Translations under genes and position numbers: made by a program
Part shown: positions 1-9,997 of the stretch, piece after piece
Position numbering within the stretch: the first letter of the stretch is position 1
How the letters are laid out: every line of letters starts with the position of its first letter
Notes under the pieces: model-generated
The model's input: only the letters and a program-made list of their open reading frames with translations
Databases searched by the model: none
What the model was told of the DNA's origin: nothing
DNA from: an uncultured Spirochaetota bacterium
GTDB lineage: Bacteria; Spirochaetota; Spirochaetia; SZUA-6; Fen-1364
DNA length: 64,000 nucleotides
Assembly: GCA_963734545.1 (NCBI GenBank)
Contig: CAVTHO010000004.1
Span: 128,001-192,000, forward strand
Direction of reading: 5' to 3'

Positions 1-139
1 TCCCCTTTCTTATTCTGGATCGCGCCTTCCATTGTAGCGCAGGACCCGGAGCCGCCAACAACAAAATCGGCGTTTGTGGGGCTCGCGGCTTGACTGCTGG
101 AAGTCGGATTATTATTAAACAAATTTCATATATGATCTA

Positions 140-169
140 TTGACTAATAAAGAACATATTATGTATAAT
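140..169 (+). promoter_or_regulatory. Putative sigma70 promoter of the padR operon, overlapping short palindromes (possible PadR operator)
   Basis: TTGACT (140-145), 18 bp spacer, TATAAT (164-169) in an AT-rich island. Palindromes TCATATATGA (126-135) and ACATA-T-TATGT (154-164). Confidence 0.6.
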
Positions 170-192
170 ACAAGTCATGCATGGAGTACTTC

Positions 193-753
193 ATGTCGCT
201 TAGGAATGCAATTCTCGGCCTGCTGAACAACGAGCCGATGAATGGATACGCCATCAAGACCCTTTTTAACGAAGCGATCAACTTCATCTGGCAGGCGGAG
301 CTGAGCCAGATCTATCGCGAGCTCGACGCAATGGAAAAGGAAGGGCTCGTCACGTCGTCGATCGAGCAGCAGCATGACCGTCCGAACAAAAGGGTCTATT
401 CGATCACGGAATCCGGACGGGCTGGATTCCTGGAATGGCTGAAAGAAGCGCCCGGGCAGTTCCTCGCGCCCAAGCGGGACGATTTCATGCTTCGGTTCTT
501 CTTCGGCTCCCTTGCGGGCGATGAGGTCATGAGGCAATCACTCGAACAGATGCTCCTGCATGTCCGAAAGGCCAGAGAAGCTCTTCTGGAGCCGGCGCGG
601 ATTGCCGCGCGTCATCCCGGTGATGCGCTCATGGCCAGGGCGGATCGTGCGTGCCGGGAAGACCGCTATTGCGGCTTCATCAAGAAGAGAGCGCTGATGA
701 CATACGAGACCATAATCCGCTGGGCCGAAGAGTGCCTTGCGGAATTGAAGTAA
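193..753 (+). CDS. PadR family transcriptional regulator
   Basis: MSLRNAILGLL..PMNGYAIK..SQIYRELDAMEKEGLV..RPNKRVYSITESG winged-helix pattern plus C-terminal DDFMLRFFF region. GGAG precedes ATG 193 (alternative start 181). Confidence 0.92.
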   Translation: MSLRNAILGLLNNEPMNGYAIKTLFNEAINFIWQAELSQIYRELDAMEKEGLVTSSIEQQHDRPNKRVYSITESGRAGFLEWLKEAPGQFLAPKRDDFMLRFFFGSLAGDEVMRQSLEQMLLHVRKAREALLEPARIAARHPGDALMARADRACREDRYCGFIKKRALMTYETIIRWAEECLAELK

Positions 754-767
754 GGAGAACCTTGGAC

Positions 768-1559
768 ATGGAAACGACGATTTTCTACTACACGGCGACA
801 GGCAACTCGCTCACGCTTGCCCGGTCGCTCGCGCGCGAGCTGGGGAACACCACGCTCGTGCCGATTGCACGGTACAGGCGGACCCGGGTCACGCCGGCGA
901 CTCCGCGGGTGGGGATAGTGTTTCCCATCCATGCATGGGGACCGCCGCGCACCGTAGAAGAGTTCGTGGAGAACCTCGACCTGAAAGGGGTCCGCTACAC
1001 GTTTGCCATTGCTTCCTGCGGCGGCACCGCGGCGGGAACGCTCCCCCGGCTGCGGAAGGCCTTCCGTCGCAAGGGCAGTGATCTGCAGGCCGCATTCATG
1101 GTCCGGTCCCCCGGCTACATGGAGCTGGGCGGCAAACAGCCCCCGATCATCAATCTGGTCAGGCGATTGTCCGGCCGGCCATTTCCGACTGACACCGAAC
1201 GTCTGCCTGAGATCATCGAGACGGTGCGGGGAGAGAAGAAAGGACCCATCGAACGAAGCGCGCTTCCCGGCGCTCTCCTCGGCAGCTTCTTCCACGGCAT
1301 GGCGGCACCCCAGATGGCGAAGCTCGACGCAGCCTACCGGGTCGCCGAGACCTGCGCCAGCTGCGGCACCTGCACGCGCGTCTGCCCGCGCGGCAACGTC
1401 GCGCTGGAGAACGGAAACCCCGCATGGCACCATGACTGCGACAACTGCGGCGCATGCGCCACCTGGTGTCCCCAGCACGCAATCGGCTTCCAGGGAGTCC
1501 CGGCCGCACCGCGCCGCCATAATCCCGAGGTGTTCGCCGCGGACCTCATGTGGGCCTAG
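768..1559 (+). CDS. EFR1 family ferredoxin (flavodoxin-like N-terminus plus 2x[4Fe-4S])
   Basis: YYTATGNSL flavodoxin loop; CASCGTCTRVCP and CDNCGACATWCP; AGGAG RBS right after the padR stop. Confidence 0.9.
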   Translation: METTIFYYTATGNSLTLARSLARELGNTTLVPIARYRRTRVTPATPRVGIVFPIHAWGPPRTVEEFVENLDLKGVRYTFAIASCGGTAAGTLPRLRKAFRRKGSDLQAAFMVRSPGYMELGGKQPPIINLVRRLSGRPFPTDTERLPEIIETVRGEKKGPIERSALPGALLGSFFHGMAAPQMAKLDAAYRVAETCASCGTCTRVCPRGNVALENGNPAWHHDCDNCGACATWCPQHAIGFQGVPAAPRRHNPEVFAADLMWA

Positions 1560-1584
1560 CCGGCCCGAAGAAGAGCAGCAGGCT

Positions 1585-1944
1585 TTATCCGTTGCGAGCG
1601 AGAAGGTAGAGCGTGCAGCCTGTTGCGAGAATCGCGGGGACGGGGGCAATCCGGTGAATGGTCAGCATGACGCCGTGGCTCAGCTTCCCCGCGCTCATCA
1701 AAGCTCCGGTGGCAAACAGAGAAAGGAAGCACATTCCGGCAGCAACAACAGCCCCCACAGCCAGGGCCGGAGCTTCCGCGTTCTTGAGAATCCTGTACAG
1801 TTGGACGCCGATAACGATCACCGCGGCCAGGGCAATCAACTTATGGATGTTGAAAAGCGCCTGGCTCCACGGTTTGCCGGAACTGCTCAACCAGATACCG
1901 GAAGCCAGTGCCAGGATGTACGTGACTCCCATAAGTGTGATCAC
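1585..1944 (-). CDS. Small four-TM membrane protein
   Basis: AAAGGAG RBS before GTG 1944; hydrophobic segments with HKL and IHR motifs; follows the upstream ferredoxin gene on the same strand. Confidence 0.7.
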   Translation of the reverse strand: MITLMGVTYILALASGIWLSSSGKPWSQALFNIHKLIALAAVIVIGVQLYRILKNAEAPALAVGAVVAAGMCFLSLFATGALMSAGKLSHGVMLTIHRIAPVPAILATGCTLYLLARNG

Positions 1945-1982
1945 GCGAATCTCCTTTCGGGACGAATATACGAGGCAGTCAG

Positions 1983-2789
1983 TCACACTTCCAGGGCAGG
2001 ATTGAAGTGGGGCTCGCGGTACTGGTTGCGCCGGCTGCCGTGACCGATCCATTCGAGCTGCTGGATGGCGTGCCGAGGGCACGTGTTCATGCACCGCATG
2101 CACTGCTCGCACGCCGCGGACCACGCAGGTCTTTCCCCTGTCATGCTGATGGCATGCAGAGGGCATTGCCGGGAACACGTGCCGCACCCCGTGCAGGCCG
2201 GCGTGGCCTTGAAGAGCTTCCACAGCTTGTGAATGCCGCGCTCATGGAAAAGGTGGTGGATGATGCGTGACCCGAGCGGACCGAACTTCGGATAGACAAA
2301 GGGCTTGTGCCAGCCCTCTCCCGCCATCAGCTTTGCGGCAATCCCGGCAAGCCTGGTTTCCGCCCGTTCCAGGATCCGCAATGCTTCCTCCGGGGTCGGC
2401 ACGTATGCCATCGGCATCCAGTTATCCGGCATCAATAGCGCATCAGAGAAGAAGACGTCGTAGCCCCGGGCAGAAAGAAGATCCCTGCACTCCTGGAGGG
2501 CCCAACCCTCTTCGTTCCGGCCGCCAATCGAAGCCAGCACGAATGCCTGGCGGCGCTCGGAAGCCACGGGCAGGGATTGAAGGTAATTGCGGACGATCCT
2601 GGGTGCACCCAGGGAGTAGACCGGAAACCCGATGCCCAGCAGCTTCGTTTCTGGATCGAGGCCGGCTGCATTGGTCATGGACAGAAGCCGCGTCTGTCGG
2701 CCGCCGGCAGCAAATACCTGCCGGCAGGCATCCAGCATGCGGCGGGAATTGCCCGTGCCCGTGAAATAACGCAATTCAACCATGTCCAT
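1983..2789 (-). CDS. EFR1 family ferredoxin (flavodoxin-like plus 2x[4Fe-4S])
   Basis: YFTGTGNS, GFPVY, CTGCGTCSRQCP and CEQCMRCMNTCP motifs. Confidence 0.9.
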   Translation of the reverse strand: MDMVELRYFTGTGNSRRMLDACRQVFAAGGRQTRLLSMTNAAGLDPETKLLGIGFPVYSLGAPRIVRNYLQSLPVASERRQAFVLASIGGRNEEGWALQECRDLLSARGYDVFFSDALLMPDNWMPMAYVPTPEEALRILERAETRLAGIAAKLMAGEGWHKPFVYPKFGPLGSRIIHHLFHERGIHKLWKLFKATPACTGCGTCSRQCPLHAISMTGERPAWSAACEQCMRCMNTCPRHAIQQLEWIGHGSRRNQYREPHFNPALEV

Positions 2790-2822
2790 GATCCCCTTTT
2801 GCGTGCGCGTCGAGTGCGCCGG

Positions 2823-4025
2823 TCAGTCGGCGGGTACTTCGACCTCCTGCCCTTTGCGCTCCGCCGACATATACGCGGAATACATGACGGCAACGGTATC
2901 ATATCCAAGCTCAGCCGTGGAGAATGAAGCCCTGCCCGCCGCCATGCACCCGTAGAAGCTGCTCATCTCCTGGACGTACCCATTCATCCAGTTTTCGTCC
3001 GGCGCGGGTTTGCTCCAACCCTGCTTGGTGCCGATCTTCTCCACCACGTAGACGTCCTCGAGCTGTTCTTCCTTCGGGTTGTAGGTTTCCAGCCCGTCGA
3101 TGGGATTGATGTTGCATCTGGTCCGATGGTTGTTCGCGAAGACCTCCAGCCAGTTGTGCACTCCCCCCATGACGATCTCGGAGGCGAACACATCCGCGAT
3201 CGTGCCATCGGAAAATGTGACGTGCATGAAGCCCCAGTCTTCCACGTCGACATAGGAAGTGCGGAAAAAGCCCTTGTCCTGGTAGCCGGGAAGCCGCGTG
3301 ATCTCGTGCGTCCGCGCGCTGACCGACACGGCACGCAGCGGTTTCCCGTGCCGGGCGAGCCCTTCGACACGCTTCAGGTAGAGCGCCGCCGAAAGCGGGT
3401 GAGTGCCCTTGCCCACGATGGAGCCGCCACCGGAAAGCTTCCACGTGCCGTAGGCAGCGGAATGAGAGCCCGAATGAGATTCCTCCGCGATTATCCAGAG
3501 GATCTGCGCTCCCGTCTTCTCGATGATTTCCACTTCCTTCTGGATCACCGGTGTGAAGATCCAGTTTTCCGCATAGTAGATCCGGGCCCCGCCTGCTTTC
3601 TCTGCATCCCGCATTCGGCGCGCGCTGGCAAGGGCTCCCTCCCGCATCTTTTCCTTCGAGAACGTGTTGCCGCGGAAGTCATTCACTCCGCCGGGTCCGA
3701 AGAACCCTGTGAAAGGCTTCTCTACAATTGCATGAACGCCTTTCTTCAACGCGGCAACCGCGACGGGCTCGTGGAAGGCAGGCGGAACGCACACGTGCAC
3801 CACGTCCACTTCATCCAGGAGTGACTCGAGGCTGTCGAATGCCGAAAGGCCGCGCTCACGTGCAAACGCCTCGCGGCTTTCCGGCCTGAGTGAATAGGCA
3901 CCGACCGGCTGCAGCCATGGCAGGCCTGCATGCGTGAGCGCGTCGAAATGGATCTGCGCCACGAATCCGACTCCGACGAATCCACAGCGTATTTCTCGCC
4001 CGCGTGCGGACGCCTTGCCAGTCAT
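2823..4025 (-). CDS. Gfo/Idh/MocA family oxidoreductase
   Basis: GFVGVGFVAQIH Rossmann motif, VEKP motif, GGGSIVGKGTH and DVED segments. Confidence 0.9.
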   Translation of the reverse strand: MTGKASARGREIRCGFVGVGFVAQIHFDALTHAGLPWLQPVGAYSLRPESREAFARERGLSAFDSLESLLDEVDVVHVCVPPAFHEPVAVAALKKGVHAIVEKPFTGFFGPGGVNDFRGNTFSKEKMREGALASARRMRDAEKAGGARIYYAENWIFTPVIQKEVEIIEKTGAQILWIIAEESHSGSHSAAYGTWKLSGGGSIVGKGTHPLSAALYLKRVEGLARHGKPLRAVSVSARTHEITRLPGYQDKGFFRTSYVDVEDWGFMHVTFSDGTIADVFASEIVMGGVHNWLEVFANNHRTRCNINPIDGLETYNPKEEQLEDVYVVEKIGTKQGWSKPAPDENWMNGYVQEMSSFYGCMAAGRASFSTAELGYDTVAVMYSAYMSAERKGQEVEVPAD

Positions 4026-4072
4026 GCCTGCCTCCCCTCTCGGACAAGCATACAGCAGCAGGCGCGCGGATG

Positions 4073-5320
4073 CTAAGCCCTGACCCGCCTGCCCGCCAGG
4101 CTGTAGATCAGGGCTGCCCCGCCGGTGAGCAGTCCCGCCAGTGCGAGCGGGCCGACGAACGGCAGGACAGCCACCGAGATCACAAGCGATATCCAGGGCA
4201 GCGACTTCCTGACCCCCTGTGCCTTGAGCAGCTTCGTGCCCGCGGCCGACCCGATGATGTAGATCAGGACCGCGGCACCGCTGGGGATGAGAAGCGCGGT
4301 CTGCAGGTCCACGTCGAAGACATAGTAGACAACCAGCATGGCGAGCGACAGACCCGTGAGCAGGGTAAGGCTTCCCGCGGGCGCCCCGGTGGAGCTGCTG
4401 ACGCGTGCGAAGGCACGGGGAAGGGCCCCGTCCCTTGCCACGGCCAGCGCCACTCGCGACATGCCTGCCGTGTACGCGTTCACTGTTCCGAAGATGATCA
4501 CCACCGCGAGTATGGCCGTTCCCGCTGCTCCGTAGACTCCCAGCACGTGTGAAAACATCGCGGCAAAGGGCGCAACGCTTCCGCCCGCCGCATAGGCACG
4601 GGTGCCTACCGTCACAAACGCCACTGACAGGTACAGGAGCCCGATCAGCACGACGCTGAGCAGCACGCTCCTGTGAAAATCGCGTTTCGGATTCTTGAAC
4701 TCCTCAGCCACATTGGACACGTTCTCGTACCCGAGATAGGACCAGAAGATCAGCGCCGCCGCGGTGCCGATGGGGAGCAGGCCATTGGGAATGAATGGCG
4801 AGAAGTTCGCAGCCTTCACGGAGGAGAGGGAAAACGCCACCGCGAGCACGAGCAGGGCGATGATCGCGGCAACGATCCCGAGCTGCACGCGATTGCTGAA
4901 CACGATGCCGCGCAGGTTGATCACGTAGGGCACTACTATCACCGCGCACGCCACAAGGTGGATCTCCAGCCTCCCCAATGGGAATGCAAATCCAAGATAG
5001 GAGGCGGCAATCAGGGTCACCGCGGGCGCACCGGCGATATACCACAGTCCGAACAGCCAGCCCGCAACCGCTGCCGCATGCTGACCGAACGCCTCCTTGG
5101 CAAACGCGTACACGCCGCCTGACTCGGGATTGCGGGCGGAAAGCGATGCGAAAGTATAGGCGAATGGATAGCTCGCAAGACACAGCACGGCCCACGCCAG
5201 GAGCGAGGCCGGCCCGGCAAGCCGGGCCGCGAGCCCGGGCAGCACAAGCACACCCGACCCCAGGACGGAGCTGACGTACAGTGCAATTGCATGGCGAAGC
5301 GTGATCGTTTTGCGGAGCAT
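4073..5320 (-). CDS. APC superfamily amino acid permease (YjeH-like)
   Basis: SVLGSGVLVLPG, PESGGVYAF, FWSYLGYENVSNVAEEFKNPKRD; about 12 hydrophobic segments. Confidence 0.9.
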   Translation of the reverse strand: MLRKTITLRHAIALYVSSVLGSGVLVLPGLAARLAGPASLLAWAVLCLASYPFAYTFASLSARNPESGGVYAFAKEAFGQHAAAVAGWLFGLWYIAGAPAVTLIAASYLGFAFPLGRLEIHLVACAVIVVPYVINLRGIVFSNRVQLGIVAAIIALLVLAVAFSLSSVKAANFSPFIPNGLLPIGTAAALIFWSYLGYENVSNVAEEFKNPKRDFHRSVLLSVVLIGLLYLSVAFVTVGTRAYAAGGSVAPFAAMFSHVLGVYGAAGTAILAVVIIFGTVNAYTAGMSRVALAVARDGALPRAFARVSSSTGAPAGSLTLLTGLSLAMLVVYYVFDVDLQTALLIPSGAAVLIYIIGSAAGTKLLKAQGVRKSLPWISLVISVAVLPFVGPLALAGLLTGGAALIYSLAGRRVRA

Positions 5321-5400
5321 GGTGGGTGTGAGTATACAAATGCAGCATCACAGGCGGCAAACAGGGGCAATACCGCGGGGACAAGAATGTTCCCGGAAGC

Positions 5401-6042
5401 TCAGTGCAGGAGGCGGAAAGTCTTGATATAGAAATCCGACGCTTCGATTCGGGTTCCCAGCGCTGAGACCGCGCTGTTCCCGCCCCGCATGGCCCCGGCA
5501 ATGGTCACCGGCTTTTCGGCGGCAGCGGTCAATTGACTGTGCGCGGTACGCAGCCGGCCTATTTCATCGAGCACCGCCTGGCGGGCCTTGCCCTCACTTC
5601 CTTTGCCCTGCGCTGCTTTCTGATATGCAAGAATCAGGCTCTCCATGCGGGAAAGACGTTTCGACGATGCGAGAAGATAGAACCGCTCGGTCCCGCTCGC
5701 GTTGTCGAGGGTGAACCAGCTCTCACCGTCAGGGATGAATGTTTGCGTATTCAGGTAGGTGCTGGTGTCGAAATCAGAAAACTGACCGGGGAACAGGAGC
5801 TTCAGACTGCCTTCCGCGTCGTGGAGGAGAAGATAGATGAAGGCGTTCTTGACCGGCCGGACGCTGATCTTGAACAAATCTCCCGGTGAGATCGCGGCCT
5901 TCCCTGAAAAGTCAACGGCTCGGACAGAGCCGTCGGGCGCGCTTTTCACGAATGCCCAATCGAACTCCAGCTGGATCTCCTCTGACATTGTCACTGATAC
6001 CGGCAGGGCCAACAGGACTGCAATGAGCAACTTTTCAATCAT
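5401..6042 (-). CDS. Secreted DUF4384 domain protein
   Basis: Signal peptide MIEKLLIAVLLALPV; PGDLFKISVRP..FIYLL..GSLKLLFP..WFTLDNASGTERFYLLAS matches the DUF4384 pattern. Confidence 0.75.
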   Translation of the reverse strand: MIEKLLIAVLLALPVSVTMSEEIQLEFDWAFVKSAPDGSVRAVDFSGKAAISPGDLFKISVRPVKNAFIYLLLHDAEGSLKLLFPGQFSDFDTSTYLNTQTFIPDGESWFTLDNASGTERFYLLASSKRLSRMESLILAYQKAAQGKGSEGKARQAVLDEIGRLRTAHSQLTAAAEKPVTIAGAMRGGNSAVSALGTRIEASDFYIKTFRLLH

Positions 6043-6172
6043 TCTCAAGAACCTATCACGACACCGCTTTCTTGACAATTCGGGGAACCGGACATAGCCT
6101 ACGGCCATAGTTCGGCTCCTCTCGAGCACTGTTGATTAAGAAAGGCGGACTGGACACCTGCGGCGATCAGGA

Positions 6173-8089
6173 TTGACGCTTGCTCTCATCGTGGCGGTCT
6201 CCCTGGCATTCGCGTGGGCCCTCGCCCTGGCCGCTGCCGCCCTGCACCAGGACTGGAACAATCGACTGAACGACGGGTTCTTCCGACTGCGATATCGGAT
6301 CAAGGGTTCCGAACAAATCCTGCCCGCCATCGGCCACGTGGACCTCACGGACTCGGTCGAGCGTGAGCTGGGCATGAAGGGGGGAGAGCGGAAAGACTTT
6401 GCGCGCCTGGTGAAGATCCTCTCCGAGGCGGGCGCCGGCTCCATCGTCTTCGACATGATATTTGCCGGGCCCGGTTCCCCCGGGGGTGATCGGCAGCTCG
6501 CGGACGCGAGCAGGCGAGCGGGAAACGTGTACCTGCCTGCGATCATGCGGACCGAGGAATACCGGAAGATGGCCGGCATCCCTTCCGGCAGCGAGCCTGC
6601 CGCACGCTGGCTCTGGCACCCGAAGGTGATCCGACAGGGTGACGCAGTCGTTGCCGCTGCTTCGATTGTGAGTTACGACGCGCTCAACGAAGCGGCACGG
6701 GGTGCGGGCAGCATAAACTGGGAGCCCGACGCGGACGGTCAACTCCGGCGCATGCCTCTCCTGGTCCTGTTCCGTGACGGGTTCATGCCCGCGCTTGCTC
6801 TCCGCGCGGCCTGTGACGCACTGCACGTCGATCACCGGCAGATTGAAGTCTCCTTTGGCAGACACGTCCGTCTCCCCGCCGCCCGCATGCCTGACGGGAG
6901 CCTCCGCGACATCGATATCCCCATAGACCGCGCGGGAAAGATGATCGTCAACTACGCGGGCCCATGGGACGCATCCTTCCCGCACTACTCATTCACCAGG
7001 CTTCTCAAGGCGGAAACGGATCCGGCCATGGCGGAGAGCGTCGCCGAGGAGCTGGAGGGCTCGCATCTCATCGTGTCAGACCTCACAACGAGCTCCAGCG
7101 ATTATGGCGCCAGCCCCTTTGAGCGGGTCTACCCGCGAAGCGGCATCCACGCGAACATCCTGAACAGCATCCTGACGGACCGCTTCCTCCGCATGGAAGC
7201 ATGGTACGAGGCACTCTGCCTGACGATTGGATTCGCGGTGCTGCTCTGGCTCGTGCTCTCGAGGCTTCGGCCTCTGGCGGGCACCGTGCTCGCGCTGGCC
7301 TGCTGGGCAGCGCTCGCCGGCGTGCAGTTCGCGCAGTTCGCATTGCGCGGAGTCATGCCCGCGCTTTCGGCGCCCACGATCGGCTTCGTGCTTGCGCTCG
7401 TAGCGGCCCACGCGTACCGCTTTTTCCAGGCCGAGCAGGAAAAGCTCAGGATCCGCACGCGGATGGAGCGCTACTTTGCCCCCCGCCTGATGTCCAAGAT
7501 CCTCCAGACCCCCGGCAGGCTCATGTCAGCGGAAAAGAAAGTGGTCACCGTGCTGTTCAGCGACATCGCCGGGTTCACCTCCTGGTGCGCGGCCCAGCCT
7601 CCGGACATCATACACCGCACCCTGAACGAGTATTTTGAATTGATGACGGAGATCGTGTTCCGCAACGAGGGGACCGTCGACAAGTTCATAGGCGACGGCC
7701 TCATGGCCTTCTTTGGAGACCCCCTGGAACAGCCCGACCATGCATTGCGGGCGGTACGGTCAGGAATTGAAATGCAGCAGACCGTGCGGCGGCTTCGCGC
7801 CCGCTGGGAGTCCGAGGGACAGATGCCAATCCACATCCGGGTCGGCATCAACAGCGGCGAGGTCGTCGTGGGTGACATGGGATCCCCACAGATCATGGCA
7901 TACACGGCCATCGGATCGAACATCAACCTCGGTTCGCGCCTGGAAAGCAAGGCTCCCATTGACGGAATTCTGATAAGTGCCCCTGTTTATGAGTCTGTGA
8001 AGAGCTCGGTGGACACGCGTTTTGCCGGCAGGATAACTGCCAAGGGCATCACGAACGAATTCGATACCTTCGAAGTCATCGTGCCCTGA
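6173..8089 (+). CDS. CHASE2 domain adenylate/guanylate cyclase (class III)
   Basis: CHASE2 motifs (IVFDMIF, DADGQLRRMPL, SGIHANILNSIL), three TM helices, cyclase motifs LFSDIAGFT, VDKFIGDGLMAFFG, YTAIGSNINLGSRLES. Confidence 0.93.
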   Translation: MTLALIVAVSLAFAWALALAAAALHQDWNNRLNDGFFRLRYRIKGSEQILPAIGHVDLTDSVERELGMKGGERKDFARLVKILSEAGAGSIVFDMIFAGPGSPGGDRQLADASRRAGNVYLPAIMRTEEYRKMAGIPSGSEPAARWLWHPKVIRQGDAVVAAASIVSYDALNEAARGAGSINWEPDADGQLRRMPLLVLFRDGFMPALALRAACDALHVDHRQIEVSFGRHVRLPAARMPDGSLRDIDIPIDRAGKMIVNYAGPWDASFPHYSFTRLLKAETDPAMAESVAEELEGSHLIVSDLTTSSSDYGASPFERVYPRSGIHANILNSILTDRFLRMEAWYEALCLTIGFAVLLWLVLSRLRPLAGTVLALACWAALAGVQFAQFALRGVMPALSAPTIGFVLALVAAHAYRFFQAEQEKLRIRTRMERYFAPRLMSKILQTPGRLMSAEKKVVTVLFSDIAGFTSWCAAQPPDIIHRTLNEYFELMTEIVFRNEGTVDKFIGDGLMAFFGDPLEQPDHALRAVRSGIEMQQTVRRLRARWESEGQMPIHIRVGINSGEVVVGDMGSPQIMAYTAIGSNINLGSRLESKAPIDGILISAPVYESVKSSVDTRFAGRITAKGITNEFDTFEVIVP

Positions 8090-8096
8090 ATGCTGC

Positions 8097-9842
8097 TCAA
8101 AATACGAACATCTTTGCCGTGGTTCTGTCCCCATCAATCCAGCGGCCGTCGATGTACCCATCCCGCGCGATCACGACGTATCCCCCGACGGCAGGTACGC
8201 CGAGATTCTTCTTGATTATCTCCAGGGGGAAGGAGGCCTCAAAAGAGGAGCCCTTCATGCCGAAGTTCCCGAAGGTCTTGTCCAGCGATTCCCGCTGATT
8301 GTTCCTGAACCTCGGTATCTCGACATAAAATCGGCTCTCCCTCGGGTCATAATTGCATTCGGCGCCGAGATGGATCATCCCATTCTGCAAATCGAGACCA
8401 TACGAAACAAAATGGGAGGTGTAAAAATTGTGCGGATGGAAAAAAGAGCTGGGGGTGGCATCCTTCACGTCAAATCTCATATACAGATTCTTCTCATCCA
8501 CCGCGAGGTAAACCTTGTCAATGGCGAGGTTGCCTTTCTTTGCATTTCCCTTGTGAGAGAACGCAGGCAGAATCCCGTTCCAATCTTCGAAATTCCCGTC
8601 GATCTTTATGGTTGCGTGAGGCAGGTCCCGACCGACCAGTGTATCCTGAGGCGTTGCGGTCTCCTCCGGGGCCGGCACATTCTGCACTTCCGCTCCTGTC
8701 ATGAGCTCAGCCGGCGGCGACACGGAAGCATTGGTGAACTTTACCGAGACAGCTTCTTCAGATTCCAGAGTGACCGGGATCTTCTCTGTCTCGCCATTTT
8801 CATACCGCATCTCGAGCTCATGTGTCCCCAGCTCGACGTTCTCGATGGCCGCGGCGCGGCCTGCGGGTACCTGTCCCTGCTCAACGCCATCCAGCAGAAG
8901 AGTGCCGGTGCTGTTTGTCTCTATACTGACCTTTCCAAAGACTTTCTCGAGCTTGAAGGTCGTCTTTGCCTGCGGCGCGGAGGAGGCTGCTTCCCCTGGT
9001 GCGGGCTGTTTGCGCTGATCCCTCAGGAAGAGGAGGAAGCTCGAGCCTTCCTGGTGTCCTGAATCCTTGAGGTCGCCGAACAGCGGCGTGGTGCGCGTGA
9101 CGCCCAATCGAATCTGATTGTAGAGCATGAGCGGATCAAGATAGGGAGAGGTGTTTCCCTCCAGAGCAAGCTTGAGCTGGCGGACGAATTGAGACTCGTC
9201 GGGGACAGATTCTGAAGCTCCGGATGTGAGCACCTGCCGTGAGATTCGGGCGTATGCGTTCTTGAAGTACTGGTTCGTGATCTTCTGGGTCATGCCGCGA
9301 GTCGGATTGAGGAAATCTCCGGAGAAGCACGAATCGGCTATCAGCGCAACATGCTGGGCTTTCATGTTGCTGATGAAGCCTCTGATCTGCGCATTGGGAA
9401 GCCAGTTCGCCTGCTCATCGGCGTCCGTGCCTCCGTCCACGGGAATCCAGAACCCGGTATTGGATGTTTTGTCCAGATGCCCGTGCCCCGCATAGAATAT
9501 CAAAATGGAGTCTTCAGGCTCCAGGGTACTGATCAGCCTGTTGAAGAGCTTGATGATGCCTGCCTTTGTCGCAGCCTCGTCATAGAGCTCCAGGAAGTTG
9601 CTCACGAAGTATCTTCGGGAGAGGATTTCCTTGATCTCTTTCGCATCCTCCACGGGGTTTCGAAGCGCAATCCAGTTCTTGTACCTGTCCACTGCGATCA
9701 GCACGGCATATTGCTTTCCGACGACTGCTGTTTCTCCCTCCAGCTGACTGACGACGGTATTCAAACCTCGGAGGTCCGTGTTTTGAGCGAAGAGGGAAAA
9801 GCACAGGAACGACAGGAAGACACGCAGGACTGGTTTTTTCAT
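8097..9842 (-). CDS. Secreted caspase-family (peptidase C14) protein with PEGA-like and C-terminal CBM9/DOMON-like domains
   Basis: Signal peptide MKKPVLRVFLSFLCFSLFA; His/Cys dyad FYAGHG and IADSCFSG; PEGA-like LLLDGVEQG..LGTHELE; IKIDGNFEDW..VYLAVDEKNLYMRFDV. Confidence 0.85.
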   Translation of the reverse strand: MKKPVLRVFLSFLCFSLFAQNTDLRGLNTVVSQLEGETAVVGKQYAVLIAVDRYKNWIALRNPVEDAKEIKEILSRRYFVSNFLELYDEAATKAGIIKLFNRLISTLEPEDSILIFYAGHGHLDKTSNTGFWIPVDGGTDADEQANWLPNAQIRGFISNMKAQHVALIADSCFSGDFLNPTRGMTQKITNQYFKNAYARISRQVLTSGASESVPDESQFVRQLKLALEGNTSPYLDPLMLYNQIRLGVTRTTPLFGDLKDSGHQEGSSFLLFLRDQRKQPAPGEAASSAPQAKTTFKLEKVFGKVSIETNSTGTLLLDGVEQGQVPAGRAAAIENVELGTHELEMRYENGETEKIPVTLESEEAVSVKFTNASVSPPAELMTGAEVQNVPAPEETATPQDTLVGRDLPHATIKIDGNFEDWNGILPAFSHKGNAKKGNLAIDKVYLAVDEKNLYMRFDVKDATPSSFFHPHNFYTSHFVSYGLDLQNGMIHLGAECNYDPRESRFYVEIPRFRNNQRESLDKTFGNFGMKGSSFEASFPLEIIKKNLGVPAVGGYVVIARDGYIDGRWIDGDRTTAKMFVF

Positions 9843-9997
9843 GGCACACCTTCTCAGGCCTCGAAGTGCCTGTCTCCACATTTGAACTGGCTGGCCTCGT
9901 CTCCTGCTTGCAATTGTTACGGTACGGCAGAGAATATCGGGTGTCAAGGAGAGCTCTCGCCCGCCCTTGGTTGAGTATCTTGGAGGAGGGGGCATGC

